Shown: piece after piece, positions 1 to 13,797 of the stretch
How positions within the stretch are numbered: position 1 is the stretch's first letter
How the letters are laid out: every line of letters starts with the position of its first letter
Source of the DNA: Blepharisma stoltei ATCC 30299
Taxonomy: Eukaryota; Protista; Ciliophora
Assembly (NCBI GenBank): GCA_965603825.1
Contig: CBFDEM010000017.1
Location: forward strand, 434,001 to 498,000
Direction: 5' to 3'
DNA: 64,000 nt
Made by a program: the position numbers and the translations under genes
The notes under the pieces: generated by a model
The model's database searches: none
Told to the model about the DNA's origin: nothing
What the model saw: only the letters and a program-made list of their open reading frames with translations

Positions 1-330
1 GCATATTTATTATGCGGGTTCGTTTACCACTTGCATCATCTAAGTTAAGCAAGACTCTATACTGTAATTATTAAGCATTTAAATTTGCTCTTAAATAATA
101 GAAGTAAATAGTTATTTTAATAATTATTGGATATTAATTCAAGATTTTCATAGCTCTAAGTTGAGATAAACAAAAATATATAACCGTAAATCGGAAAATG
201 TCTGAGCCACACAATTGACAATAATTTTTGTTAAAATGAGTTAAAATTCTTTATCGAATTTAGTTCTTATCAATATTTCTTATCAAAAAATATTTATTAT
301 GAATTTTATATTGAATTCTAATAAAATTTC

Positions 331-3300
331 ATGAAAAAAAATCTAAAAAATTTAGACGAATTTGAGGATGAAGATTTCTTAGAAAAATCCCTCTTCGCAA
401 GCAAAATCAAAGAAAATATATTCAGAATATTAGGCGATCTTTTTAAGACCGAGTACAGCACAAAAGTAAGGCTTAAAGAGCAAGTCACTTATGAAATTCT
501 GACAAACCTAATTTTAGCTATGCAGCTCACATCTTTAACCTGGTACCCAAGCATAAATATTGAAGGGTGGGAATCATGTGTAAGCTTTTGGCAAAGTGTC
601 GGAGTTGCAAGTTATGATCAAGTTTGTGCTAGCTTTGGGGTTATGAATTTCTGCTTCTACGGCACAATATCTCTTGTTGGTGTGTGCCTTCTTTCGTTCT
701 TTATATTTTGGCTTTTCATATATTTTGAAAAACAAATTCCCAAGATTGTAACAATTTTTCCGAGGAAAATCGCCATTTTCCTCTCAACACTAGGATTAAT
801 TCCTAGCTGGAATTTGTCGCTCATGATAATGAAATATTCACTTATCAATGCAAACTCTGTAGATGAATATGATGGAAATACATCAGCTAGTAGCTTGAAT
901 TATGGAATCCTAGGATTTATCTTGTCTTTATTTACTCTGATTGCTTTACTTCCTTTCCTTTTGTTTTCAGAAGCATTTAGATGCGACATAAAGCACACCA
1001 ACGGTAAGAAAAACATAAAAGCACGGTCTTCTGTCCAATTAGACCTTGAGATTCGTAGCTTTTATATATTCATGAGTATTTCATATGTAACGTTTGGGTC
1101 GAATAACATATTGATTCATCAGGTAATTTTGCTTATTTTTTCAGCACTCTTATTTATCAAGTGCCTTTTTTATCTTCAATATTATAACATCATACAAAAC
1201 TTTATTCAGGCCAGCGTTTTGGCTTCTATTACGAGCACTTTGGTTATTTTCATTTTTGGTCAAATAATGAACAACGCGTTAATTATTGTAGTGTTCAATT
1301 TATTTATGCAACCAATGATGATTTTATTTGCTATTTATATTGTCAAAAGAAATTACAGCAAATTAAAAGAAAACCAAAACGTGCCTAAAAACCAATTTGA
1401 GTTTGAAAGAAAAATGAGGCATTTACTAATGGACAAAACTATTGAAGACAAAATTTCAGTGCTTAATTTATTCAATAACTGTGCAAAAGATATCAATTTT
1501 AATAAAGATAAGCTTTTTATTATTTGGGAGTTCAATTTTTGTATTGCTGTCATTAAAGATGAAAGGCTTGCGAGGATGAAATTATCGCAAGTTCGTCATT
1601 TTGAAAGCTCTTTTGAAGGAGATATACAAGAGTGAAGGATTTTTTACTGGCTGGTTTCGAAAAAGTTTACAGCTTTTCCTGACACTCTTTACCTGGAGTA
1701 TTTAAGCGATTTTACCTTGGTGCGAAAACAAGATGAAAAATTATGCGATTTATTGGTTGATTTGCAGTCAGAATTTTCGCTGAGAGTGCCTAGGATGAAA
1801 AAACTTGAAATGCTAGTAAGCAGGGCTTGCTGCTTAATAAAAAGGACTGATGAAGGCTATAAACAACTAGTGAGAAAGTTTAAGCAAATAGATGCCATGG
1901 AGAACTACACAAGTTTTCTATACAATATTATGAATAATCAGGAAGAAGGAGACAAACTGAACAGAAAGAAAAATGGACTAGAAATGAATATCAGGAAAAA
2001 TAATGGACATGACCTTGAAAACTATGGACGGGACATATGCATAATGCTAATCACCTGTGAAGATGAAAATTTCGGAAAAGTGGTCTATATAAATGAAAAA
2101 GCAAGAAATTTTTTAGAAATTTCTCTTAGCAATGCATTGGAATGCCACAACTGAGACTTCATACCTAAGCCTTACTGTGCGTGGCATGAGAAAAGAATGA
2201 AGACTTTCTTTACAGAATTTAATACTTCTTTCACTTGGTGCGATTGGCTCTTTTTACAGACTAATAAAGGCTATTTAAAAGAATGCAATTTAATTATAAA
2301 AGCTACAGCTATGCATAACGCCCAATATTTTTTGGTTTCCTTTGAGTCTCTAGACACAAATAGGCAGCTTGCACTAATGACAAGAGATGGGACCGTTACT
2401 GCTCATAGTTTGCTTTTCTCACAATCAATCGGCTATAAGGACACAGAAGTCAAGAACTATCATATTTCCCATCTTATACCAGACTTTGATATAAATACGA
2501 GACCAATAAATAAGCCGAAACTCGTAAGTCAAAACGGGCTACAATTTGCTATAGTTTATATGGAAAAACTTGTGGTGACGACCACGATTTATTTTTTATT
2601 TGTTGTTCAGGACGAATTAGAAATAGAGAAGCTATTAAAAGGGAAAAGCCTTCAGGAAACTATTTTTATGGATGAAATTAAAGAAGATCTGATAGGAATT
2701 TCAAGCCATGGGGAAAAATATGAAGCTCAAGAGCTGCAAGGCAAAGTAGAAACAGATTTTTTAATTCCAAATAAGGCTAATTCGCCAAAAAACAGTACAA
2801 ATCAAGGTGGAAATGATAATTCTACAATTCCAAACTCAAGCAGCAATACATCGCGGATGATAAAAATAAGTAATTAAAATTCAGAGCATTGCCAAGATTT
2901 ACTTTTGAGGTCCAAGAAGCATATTAGATTTTTGCAGTTGGTTTTGATGCTAGCTGTAAGTTATAGTTAGATAATTTCGACAATAGGATTTTTGGGAGCC
3001 ATTTTACAGTATATGAAGCATGATATTTCTACTCTTACTTCAACAGTTATTTTTAGGGATTTAGGCAATATGATATATGACATTGGACTTTCTGCTAATT
3101 TTGCAGAAAGGCTCGATCAAAATTACAAAAATAATGACCCAGTGGAGTCAGCAATAGAAAATTTAGACAAAACTTCTTTGTCTTTAATTGACACTCGTAA
3201 TAAAATTTTTGATGATTTTGAAAGATGAAGCTATTGTGAAGCTTATAAAGCTGTCACTAAGCCAATAATTCCCTTATGAAACTTTGATGAAAAAAAGCCA

Positions 3301-4500
3301 AAAGTAGTTTACGATAACATTTACAATATGCTGAACAAGTTTATATTCAATGTAAAAATTATATAGAGCCAAAATATGATTCAAAATATATATACAAAAG
3401 AAGATTACGAAAATCATGCAAAATTTATCATTGCAAACGGGCTTGGAATTGGATATAAAAGCCTCATTAATAATCTCCATGAATTCGAAAGCTGTGAGGC
3501 TGATGCTATAGAAAAAATAAGCTGAAAAATAAATTTTTTATTATTACTTGGGGTCGCAATTTCTTCTATCTTGTTTGGAATAATTGTATGGCTCTTTGCT
3601 ATTGTTTCGAGAAATTATGATAAATTTTGGAATTTTCTTCTGAACAATGCTCAATTTGCATTGCTTTCCTTAAAAACTGCAGCTATTGAAAGGCTTATAG
3701 CTCTTTATGACAATAATATCGCCTACGAAGAGACTGATCATGGTCATTATAAAACAAATAGAAAAATCAATTCGAAACTTCAGATAAAATATACCTTAAG
3801 ATTGACAATATTTTTTTCCATCACGCTTACTTACTTATTATTAGTCCAATTGTATCTCTACCCAAAATGTGAAAATTCCTTAAAAATCCGCCCTAAAATG
3901 CTTAACAATTTTGAAGCAAGAAGGTCACTATTATCCAGATTCTCAATTTTTGCCAGAGAGCTATATTACCCATATTTGATTCACAATTTTGACGACTCCT
4001 TCGATTTCAGCAATATCAAATCACTAATGGACAGAACAGCTAAATTAATTGAAGAAAAAAGCATTGAGCTGCTAAGAAATGACTTTCAAAACTTGATGTC
4101 TCAAGAGTTAATTAACTCTATTTTCGAGCAAAGCAATCAAACTGTCTCTTTCCTTAATTTCGGTTCGTATTCAGGGATTGACATTACAAAATTTGATCTA
4201 CTAGATGCAGCTTTTAATTCTAGTAAGAACTCAGAGGGCATGCAGATATTGCTCAGCTTGACTAAAGAAGTGGAAAACGAAATTTGGGATGAATTGCAGA
4301 TGGCTGAGAATGATTCCAAGAATATCATAAACTCAGAGATAGACATCATTGTATATACCACTATTGCTTATTCATTGATTCTATCTGGGGTATTTTGCTT
4401 TTATTATTTTCCATATATGAATCAAGAAATTAAGAAACTTAGCCTCTATTCTATACTACCAAGTATTTTGCAAATGGAGGCTGGAGACCCATTCGCCTAA
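331..4500 (+). CDS. TmcB/TmcC-like PAS-domain multi-pass membrane protein, copy A (~1374 aa, TGA=Trp)
   Basis: Track ORFs 331, 1717, 2197, 2992 and 3571 are all in one frame, separated by TGA or 15-nt introns: 2870-2884 gtaattaaaattcag, 2956-2970 gtaagttatagttag, 3352-3366 gtaaaaattatatag. N-terminal hydrophobic helices, WEFNFC..ARxKL..SFEGDIQEW motif, PAS-like GKVVYINEKA..FIPKPY..H, C-terminal TM segments. Family name is from motif recognition. Confidence 0.85.
2870..2884 (+). other. 15-nt spliceosomal intron (extra, clade-specific site)
   Basis: gtaattaaaattcag: GT..AG with A at position 10. Removing it eliminates the in-frame TAA at 2875-2877. Confidence 0.75.
2956..2970 (+). other. 15-nt spliceosomal intron (conserved site 1, representative)
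   Basis: gtaagttatagttag contains an in-frame TAG. A 15-16 nt GT-AG element occupies this position in all 12 copies. Confidence 0.9.
3352..3366 (+). other. 15-nt spliceosomal intron (conserved site 2, representative)
   Basis: gtaaaaattatatag. The equivalent element is present in all 12 copies. Confidence 0.9.
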
Positions 4501-4561
4501 TATTTATAAATATTTATAGCTTATTGCCCTTAATATTATTTTAACTTATAATCAATTTTCA

Positions 4562-7500
4562 TTAATCAAGGTCTTTAGGCAGAATTGTAGGCAAAATCGC
4601 AAATCTTTGGAGCTGCTTTATTTGAAGGTTCAAATATGGGAAGTAGTAAAAGAAAAAAAGTGCGCACAATCCCAAAGCATAAATAATCGTAATATCTACA
4701 ATTGTATCTAGCTGCCTGTTAATAATATTGATTGAGTCTCTATCAGCCAAAATAAACTCGTCTCTAATTTCATTATTAACGGCTTTCATTTTATCAATAA
4801 ACCTTAGAAAATATGCATTAGTCTCTCCACGTACATATCCTATATCTACAATATCACCAATCATAGATTGCAAAGCTGCCGTAGACCCATAATCCAGAAT
4901 TTTATAAGCTAAGTTATTTTTCTCGTACATTTTTTCTTTAAGTTCGTCTGAGAGGAGTTCTTGGTATTTTTTGGTCTGCAAATCTTTTGTTAGTGCTTTT
5001 ATGTGATTAATAATAAGATTTTCCTCAGCGAATGACTGCCGGTAGTTGTAGAATTCTGGGATAACGTAATATGTATAATTTACTACACGATCCCTCGAGA
5101 AAAGTGATAGTCTTAGATATAAAGCTCTTCTGATGATGAAATTATTTAGCAAAGAAGGACGGGTAATCATCATTTGATCTAAAGTAGGGTATAAATAATT
5201 GAAAATTAGCAAATAATATGAGGCAGCAACTACGAAGAAAAGCATTATCCTTCAAATGTATTGTAAATAAAGCGTCCCTTTTACTTTTCTAGTATGATAA
5301 ACATTTCTTTGAGACTCTGGATTTGTGTCAGCTTTACAATCAGCTCCATGGGTGGTTGCTAGCCTATCCATAGCCAAGCATTTTAATCTAAACATGGCCC
5401 ATTGGCCACTATTTAAAATATAATTTCAAAATTCATCAAGTTTTTTTGATACAAGCATAATGCAACTAATAATAACTAGAATCAAAATTCCAAGAGTGCA
5501 GAACCCACTTACAAGAAGTACATTAATGTTTGTCCCTGTGGCTTTTACTCTCTCAATCTCGCAGCTTGCTAACCCATTCATTATAGTATTAGCATCATGG
5601 AAAATTTCTCCTAGTCCATTTATATACAAAAATTTTGCATAAGGAAGCTGATCGAACCCTTCATCTACAGCTGAGATGAGCTTTTTTGCCTAAATAGCTA
5701 TTACATTATAAATATAAGTTGCTATAGTATCATAGAGATTTTCTTTGCTATTTTGAGGCGTTTTTTGATTTAAGCTTCAAATCAGCATTGAAGGCTCACT
5801 AACCACTTTGGAATACGAGCAGTAGCTCCACTGATCAAAATCTTTGAAAATAGAGCCCTTGATTTTTTCTCAATCATCTATCAGGACCTTCATTTTTTCG
5901 ACTTCTGCATTTATTTCTTCTTTGAATCCACGGTATAGCATTAGTGCATTAATGGTAAGTGAAAGGTCAGCAGAGAGCTCAAAATCGTATACAAGCTGTC
6001 CAAAAGTCTGAAATGAGCCTAATGTGCTTGTATAAGACACATCAATTTCCATATATACTAAAATTGCTGCGACTGTAATTATGACAGAAGTCATCTAAAT
6101 ATTCCTTACAACGGCAAATAAGACAAGATGCAATATCCTGATTTTTCTTTTAGAGTCCATAAGCAGCTTTTTTGCTTGATGATGTGTTTGCGCTGTTCCT
6201 CCTTTTGAGCGGCTTTCTGAGTCTGAGACTTTATCAATAAATGTTCTTCGTTCTAAAGCTTGGTCTGGCATCTGACTATCTCGAGAATGGGTAAATATTG
6301 TGGTATCTGGGTTTTCAAAAGATTTTGTTGGCACTAAATAGTCAATTGAATTGAATTTTACTTCAAAAGCTTCCCTTGAAATCTGTTCTTTTTCAGTATC
6401 ATCTGAGCTGAAAAATCCAGCTTCCCTTGAAAAAATCTGTGATTTGCCTGATTTCCAGTTCTGAATTTCACTTATATCGTCAATAATAGCAATTATATGG
6501 ACCACTTTTGTTTTTATTTCTTTTGCTATATGGATGATAATTAATTCACGATTTTTGAATGAAATTCGGAGTGGCTCATATTCTCTTACAGTACAAATAT
6601 CTGCAATTGGTATTAAATCTGAAACCAATGCTCCTTTAATATTTTCCCCTTCTAATCCAAAATAACTGGAGAACCTCTCCGTATGAGCCAAAATTGCATT
6701 TTCTTCTGAAATCAAGGCAATTTGCCTTTTTTTGGCACTTTCCTTAAACGATAGTAAAAAATAGGCGCAGTTATGAAATGCGGTTAATTTTATCAAAAAA
6801 TCGCATTCAAGAAGATAGCCATTATTCTGCAAAAAAAACAAAGAATCGTGGAATGGCACTTCTATTGAGTTGCAATTAAAAACAAAATCTTTCATTAGCT
6901 TCTCATGACGTGAGCTGTAAGGTTGAGGAATAAAATTCAATATTGATGATCCTATGATGTTTCCCATTGATGACATTAAGAGCTGAGAAGCCTTATCATT
7001 GATATACACAATAGTCCCAAAAGATTCATTAGAACATGAAGCGAGGATTGTAGGAAGGTCTTTGCCATAATTTTCAAGGCTTCCTTCATCATTTCGTTGG
7101 CTGAAGAAATTTAAACTGTTTTTTTTCCTAACAATAAAATCAGCTTCATCGTGGTCATTCATTATAGAGTCAAGAAAAGTCGCATAGTATTCAAAAGCTT
7201 CCATATTTTTATATTTCTCAATCAAATCCTTGTACCCATTACTCAATGACTGTATGTGTCTTGCGATTCTATTAGAAAAATGAGTCAATTTATTAACTCT
7301 TGGATTTCTTGATGTGAATTCTGCGTGCAATTCATTTAAAATCATACATAATTCCTCATCATGCTTTTTAATTTTACTGAATTCTTTGAGGTATTCTAAA
7401 TGGTCTAGATCAATAAAAGATGATTTGTGCTTCCTGAAGAGTCAATCAAAAAGTCTTCATTCTTGTATATCTCCTTCAAATGAAGATTTGGATTCCCCAA

Positions 7501-8773
7501 TTTTTGTGAGTTTTATCCTTGCCAATCTTTCATCTCTAATAATAAAGCAGCAAAAATTAAATTCTCATATCACAAACAGCTTGTCTTTATGAAACCCAGG
7601 CATTGATCAAAATGTTTTAAAAAGCTCTATAACCTGCTCTTTATTTTCAAGGCCATCATCTACAAATAAATTGCGGTATTTTTGCTCGAAATCAAATTGT
7701 GTTAGGATTGGTTTTTTTATATCTGGCATTTTTTCATAATTTCTCCGGGTAATTCGAACTGTCAGATAAATAACAAAAGGTAAGAAAAATAAATGAAGCC
7801 AAACAATTATTAATGCGTTATCAATTAGTTCTCCAAATATAAGGATCAGTAATGTGCATGAAACAGATGACAGTTTGCAAGCATGGATACAGTTTTCAAT
7901 AACATTGAAATACTGCAAAAATTGCATGCTACGTATACATAAATAAAAACAAAAAAGGAAAAAAATGATTTGGTATATCCATGCATTATTGTTTCCAATA
8001 TAGACATATAGAATGGATATTATCATATAAAACCAACGCCTAATTAGGTCGTATTCAGCACTAGACCTTGCCTTCAAGTTTTTTTTGAAGTGTGAATGCC
8101 TCATATCACAAGAAAATGCCTCACAAAATAAATTTATAAAAATCAGTGCTAATAAGCTGCAAATTCCGGCAATAATCCCTAAAATTCCATAATCATATGT
8201 CTCAGGAGAAAAATTCCCTGAGTATTCTTCAATAACGGATTTCTCTTCAAGAGAATATTTAATAACCATAGTTAAAATTATTGTACTCGGAATAATGCAT
8301 ACAGATGTAAGGAGCAACGCAATTTTCCTAGGCAAAAGTGCAAGAATCATTGGAATATCTTTTTCTAAATACATAAAAATTCCAAAAGTAATAAAAAATC
8401 ATAAGCATGCTCCTATCAGAGAAATTGTCCCATAAAAACAAAAATCTGTCAGTTCAAAAGTTGTACAAATTTCATCATAATTAATATATGAAAAAGACTT
8501 CCAAAACCCTTGATAAGAATTTCAATCAGATGGCGTTAAACTTGGATGTCAGGACAATGTTGAGAGTTGAAGGATTAGTATTACATTTATGACTATTTCA
8601 TAAAGAATTTGGTTTTTAAACTTTGTATCAAGGCTGTATTTTTTTTTAAAAATGTGCCCAAAGAAGCCATAAAGGTATTCTTTTGTAGGATTAGAAAATA
8701 TTGAATGCGATGTAAAGTCGTGGAAATCTGTGCTTTCTTTTTGATCATTATTGAGATCAACAGATATTGTCAT
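4562..8773 (-). CDS. TmcB-like PAS membrane protein, copy B (~1393 aa)
   Basis: ATG at 8773 (MTISVDLNND). ORFs 8549, 7607, 6095, 5870, 5426 and 4562 share one frame. Introns 6095-6109 (gtaaggaatatttag) and 5690-5704 (gtaatagctatttag). PAS motif GTIVYINDKASQLL..GSSILNFIPQPYSSRHEKLM. Confidence 0.85.
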
Positions 8774-9082
8774 AATTATAGTTTTTTTATTAGCTGTCAA
8801 TTATTCGAAATAAATATTTCTTAAATTGATATATAAAATATAATCTTTTAAGGGCAAATACTAGTGTATGTTTTGATAAACTCTTTTCATTTTCTTTTTC
8901 CGTTTTTAGGTAATAGATTTGCGAGTAGTTTTAGAATTTACAAATAATTTTGTGAATTTAATAGCTCTCACCTTCATGAAGTGGAAAATTTTTGCTAAGA
9001 GTGAGTAAAATAATTTATATAAAAATTCTTTGAGATTTATAAACGCGGAAAGGAAAGCTTAAACTAAGTGAAACACAAAAAA

Positions 9083-12000
9083 TTATTGATCATATTTTAT
9101 AAATATACATAAAGCTAAACAGTAAATTATCGTTGTATTTACAATATTTTCCAATTGTCCGTCGATAATATTATATGAATCTCTATCTGCAAGTACAAAT
9201 TCATTCTTAATTTCATTTGCTAGGACTATAATTTTATCAACAAAATCTAAATAAAACTGTATAGTGCCAGTTTTGAAAAATCCTACATCTTCAATATCAC
9301 CAATCATAGCCTGCATAGCTGAATCAGATCCATAATCCATAAATTTATAGCTCAATTTATTTTGCTCATAAATTTTTTGTTTTAAGTCTTTTGAGAGGAG
9401 TTTTGAGTATTTTCTAGATCGTAATTTTACTGTTAGAGTATCTATATATTCAATTATAGTTGCTTCCTCTGGCAGGCTCTGAGCATAATCGTAAAATTCA
9501 GGCACGAAATGATAGATAAAATCAACAACCCGGTCCCTTGAAAAGAGAGATAATCTCATAAGCAAAGCTCTTCTGATAATAAAATTGTTGAGCAAAGAAG
9601 GACGAGTAGTCATCATTTGATCTAGTATAGGGTAGAAATAGTTGAAAATCAATAAATAATAAGACGCAGCAACAGCAAAGAAAAGCATTATTCTTCAAAT
9701 GTATTGCAAGTAAAGTGTACCTTTCACTTTTCTTGTGTGAGAAGTGTTTCTTTGAGATTCTGGACTAGTTTCTAACTTGCATTCGAGCCCATGTGTTGTT
9801 GCCAGCCTGTCCATTGCACAGCATTTTAGCTGAAGCATAGCCCATTGCACACTGTTTAAAGTGAAATTTCAAAATTCATCTACTTTTTTTGCTACAAGCA
9901 TAATATAGCCAATAATAATCAAGACCAAAACTCCAAGAGTGCAGAACCCAGATATCAAAAGAATGTTAATATTAACTCCAGTGCTTTTTACCCTCTCAAT
10001 TTCACAGTCCACCAATCCATCCATTATCCTATCAGCATCGTGAAAAATTCCACCTAACCCATTTACATATAAAAATTTACCATGATGTCAGTAGCCTTCG
10101 TCTGCATTTATAGCTGAGATAAAGTTTTTTGCCTATATATATCGTACATTGTAAATGTAGTTTGCTACAGTATCATAGAGATTTTCTTTCTTGTTTTGTG
10201 GTGTTTTTTGCTCGAAGTATCATAGTAATATTGAAGGTTCTCTGACAACTTTTGAGTGAGGACAATAACTTCATTGTTCGAAATCTTTGAAAAGAGACCC
10301 TTTAATTTGTTCTAAATCATCAATAAGGTCTTTTAATTTGCTGAGCTCTGAATCTAGTTGTTCTTTTGATCCACCATATATATATACTGCAGTAATGGTG
10401 AGTGCAAGATCAGCAGAGAGCTCAAAATCGTATACCAGTCTGCCAAAATTTTGAAAGGAGCCTAAAGTACTTGTATAAGATACGTCGCTTCCCATATAAA
10501 TTAATATGGCAACGTCAGTTATTATGACAGAAAACATCTAAATATTCATTACCACCAAAAACAATACAAGCTGCAGCACCCTTATTTTTCTTTTCGAGTC
10601 CATAAGTAGCTTTTTTGCTTTGTGATGAGTATTCCCTGATCCACCTCTCGATCTGCTTTCGGAGTCTGATTTTTTTTCCATTAAATTTTTCACCTCAAAT
10701 ATATGGTCTGCCTGCTGACTATCATGAGTATATGTAAAGATCGTGGTATCTGGATTTTCATAAGTTTTTGTTGGTGCTAAATAATCTGTAGAATTGAATG
10801 CTATTTCTTGATGTTCTTTTGCTGCTCATTCATTTTCATCTTCATCTGAATAAACTGGTTCAATTGGTCCTGCCAAAACTTGAGGTCTGTCTTCTTTCCC
10901 CTTTTGAAATTCATTTATATTGTCAATTATTACAATCATATGAATATTTTTTGTTTTTATAGTTTTCGTTATGTAAGTCATAGCTATTTCACGATCATTT
11001 AGCTTGAATGTAAATGGCTCAGCTTCTTTCATCTTGAATAAGTCAGATATAGGAATTATATCGGATAAAATATTACCTTTGATATTTTTCCCTTCTCAGC
11101 CAAAATATTTTAAAAATCCTTCTGTATATGATAAAATTATCCCTTCTTCTGAAATCAAGGCAAGCTGTCTTTGTATAGAGCACTCTCTAAATGATATTAA
11201 AAAATAAGCGCAGTTATGAAATGCAGTTAGTTTTATCATAAAATTGCATTCAAGAAGATAACCAGTGTTTTGTAAGAAAAATAATGTATCGTGGGATAAA
11301 ATTTCTGTTGAATTGCAATTAAATATAAAATCTTTCATTAATTTTTCATGACGTAAGCTATACGGTTGAGGAATAAAATTTAATATAGATAAGCCTATGA
11401 TGTTCCCCATAGATGACATCAGAAGCTGAGAAGCCTTATCATTGATATATACAATAGTACCAAAATTTTCGCTAGAGCATGAAGCGAGAATTGTAGGAAG
11501 GTCTTTGCCATAATTTTCAAGATTTCTTTCATAATTTTGTTGACTGAAAAAATTTATAGTGCTTTTTTTCCTGATAATAAAATCAGCTTCCTCATGGTTA
11601 TTTACTATCGCATCAAGAAAGGTCGCATAATATTCAAATACTTCCGAGTTTTTATATTTCTCTATCAAGCTATTATATCCATCACTCAAGAAGTATATAT
11701 TTTCAGCTGTACGGTCCACTAAATGGGATAACTTATCCAGTCTAGGATTTTTTGATGAGAATTCAGCTTGCAGTTCTGTTAAAATCAAGCAAAGCTCTTC
11801 ATCATTTTTTTTAATTTTACTAAAATCTTTTAAGTACTTTAAGTGATCTATATCATTAAATGATGATTTGTGCTCTCTGAAAAGCCAATTAAAAAGTCTT
11901 CATTCTTGTATATCTCCTTCAAATGATGATTTAGTATCTGCGATTTTCGTAAGTTTTATTCTTGCTAATCTTTCATCTTTCATAATAAAATAGCAATAGT

Positions 12001-13210
12001 TAAATTCTCATATTACAAACAATTTATCTTTATGAAACCCTGGCAGCTGTCATAATGCTTTAAATATTTCAATAACCTGATTTTTGTTTTCATATTTACT
12101 ATTAGTCAAAATACTCCTATATTTCTGCTCAAAATCAAATTGTGTTAGTATTGGTTTCTCTATATCTGGCATTTTTTCATATTTTCTCTGAATAATCTTA
12201 TATGTTAGACAAATAGCAAAAGGCAGAACAAATAAATGAAGCAAAACAATAATTAGTGCATTATCAACTAGCTCTCCAAACAATAGGATTACTAAAGTGC
12301 ATGAAACAGATGCCATTTTGCAAGCATGAATACAGTTCTCAATTATATTGAAATATTGCAAAAGCTGAATACTGCGCAGACATAAATAAAAGCAAAAAAA
12401 GAAAAAAATGATTTGGTATATCCAGGCATTTCAATTCCCAATGTATACGTATAGTATGCATATCATTATATTAAACCAGCGCTTTTTTAAGTCAAGTTTT
12501 GAGCAGGATCTTGCTTTTATATTTTTCTTGAAATTCGAGTGCCTCATATCACAAGAAAAAGCTTCACAAAATCAATTTATAAAAATCAGTACCAGCAAGC
12601 AGAAAATTCCTATAAGTATCCCTAAAACCCCAAAATTATAAATTTCAGAGGAAGCTGTCCTTGAATATTCTTCGATTATTTCTTTTTTCATCAAAGAATA
12701 TTTAATAACTACACTTAAAATCATCGTGCTGGGAATAACACATACAGATGTAAGCAGCGAGGCAATTTTTCTAGAAAAAAATACAAATATCCTTGGGACT
12801 TCTTTTTCTAAATACATAAAAATTCCAAAAACAATAAAAAAAATTAAATAAGTCCCTATTAAAGAAACTGTTCCATAAAAACAAAATTCTGTTAATTCAA
12901 AACTTTCACAAACTTCGTCATAGCTTATAAAAGAAAATGACTTCCAAAAACCTACATAAGAATTCCAGCCAGATGTTTCTAAGCTAGGATGCCAGGATAA
13001 TGTAGAGAGCTGAAGTATAAATATGATATTTATAATCAATTCATAAAATATTTGGATTCTGAGTCTTATATGGGTGTTGTACTTTGTTTCAAAAATATGC
13101 CCAAAAAAACCATAAAGGTATTCTTTTATTGGATTAGAAAAGATTGCTTGAGAAGTAAATTCGTTAAAGTTGGTACTTTCTTTTTGCTCATTGTCGAAAT
13201 CATTAGACAT
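9083..13210 (-). CDS. TmcB-like PAS membrane protein, copy C (~1365 aa, C-terminus truncated/replaced)
   Basis: ORFs 12572, 12050, 11096, 10826, 10271 and 9083 share one frame. Introns 10538-10552 (gtaatgaatatttag) and 10133-10147 (gtacgatatatatag). Ends LALCIFIKYDQ* rather than the conserved LCxxFFxYYFPY..QIKQL tail. Confidence 0.8.
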
Positions 13211-13797
13211 AGGAATAATTTTTATTAATTAAGAAATATATAAAAAATATTGAAAATGGATTTTTTTGCATTATTTATGCTAATATTTTTCTCGAAATGT
13301 CAAAGTTCATTATGAAAATGCTTAACAAACTATAATATTTCTATTATACTTATGTATTTCTAATACTAATAAGCTGAATTAAGAATATATATTTTAAAAT
13401 AATAATTTCAAGTTTAAAAATTGTAAGGGACTTAGCCAGAAATTATTAAATAGCTATTTAACACACTTTTAGTGGCAGTTAATTTAAGTACAGTCTAATC
13501 GTTTTTTTTATTTTTAGAATATTATGACTATTTCTAAATTTGATAATTCAAAAATATTTGATTATAAAATCTATAAAACTATATTCATTCTTTTAGATAC
13601 AATTCTAAAGATTTCATAATTAAGGTAAGCCTATATTAAATATATTATCGATTGCGTTATATTGTTTAAATTAATGATTTATTTAATTTATTTTCATATC
13701 AACTCTAATATTATTCTTTTGGATATGGAAATGAAAAATTTAGTATAATATTAAGCTGCTTCTATAAATTTCAGTCTTTTGAGTGTTATATACTAAT

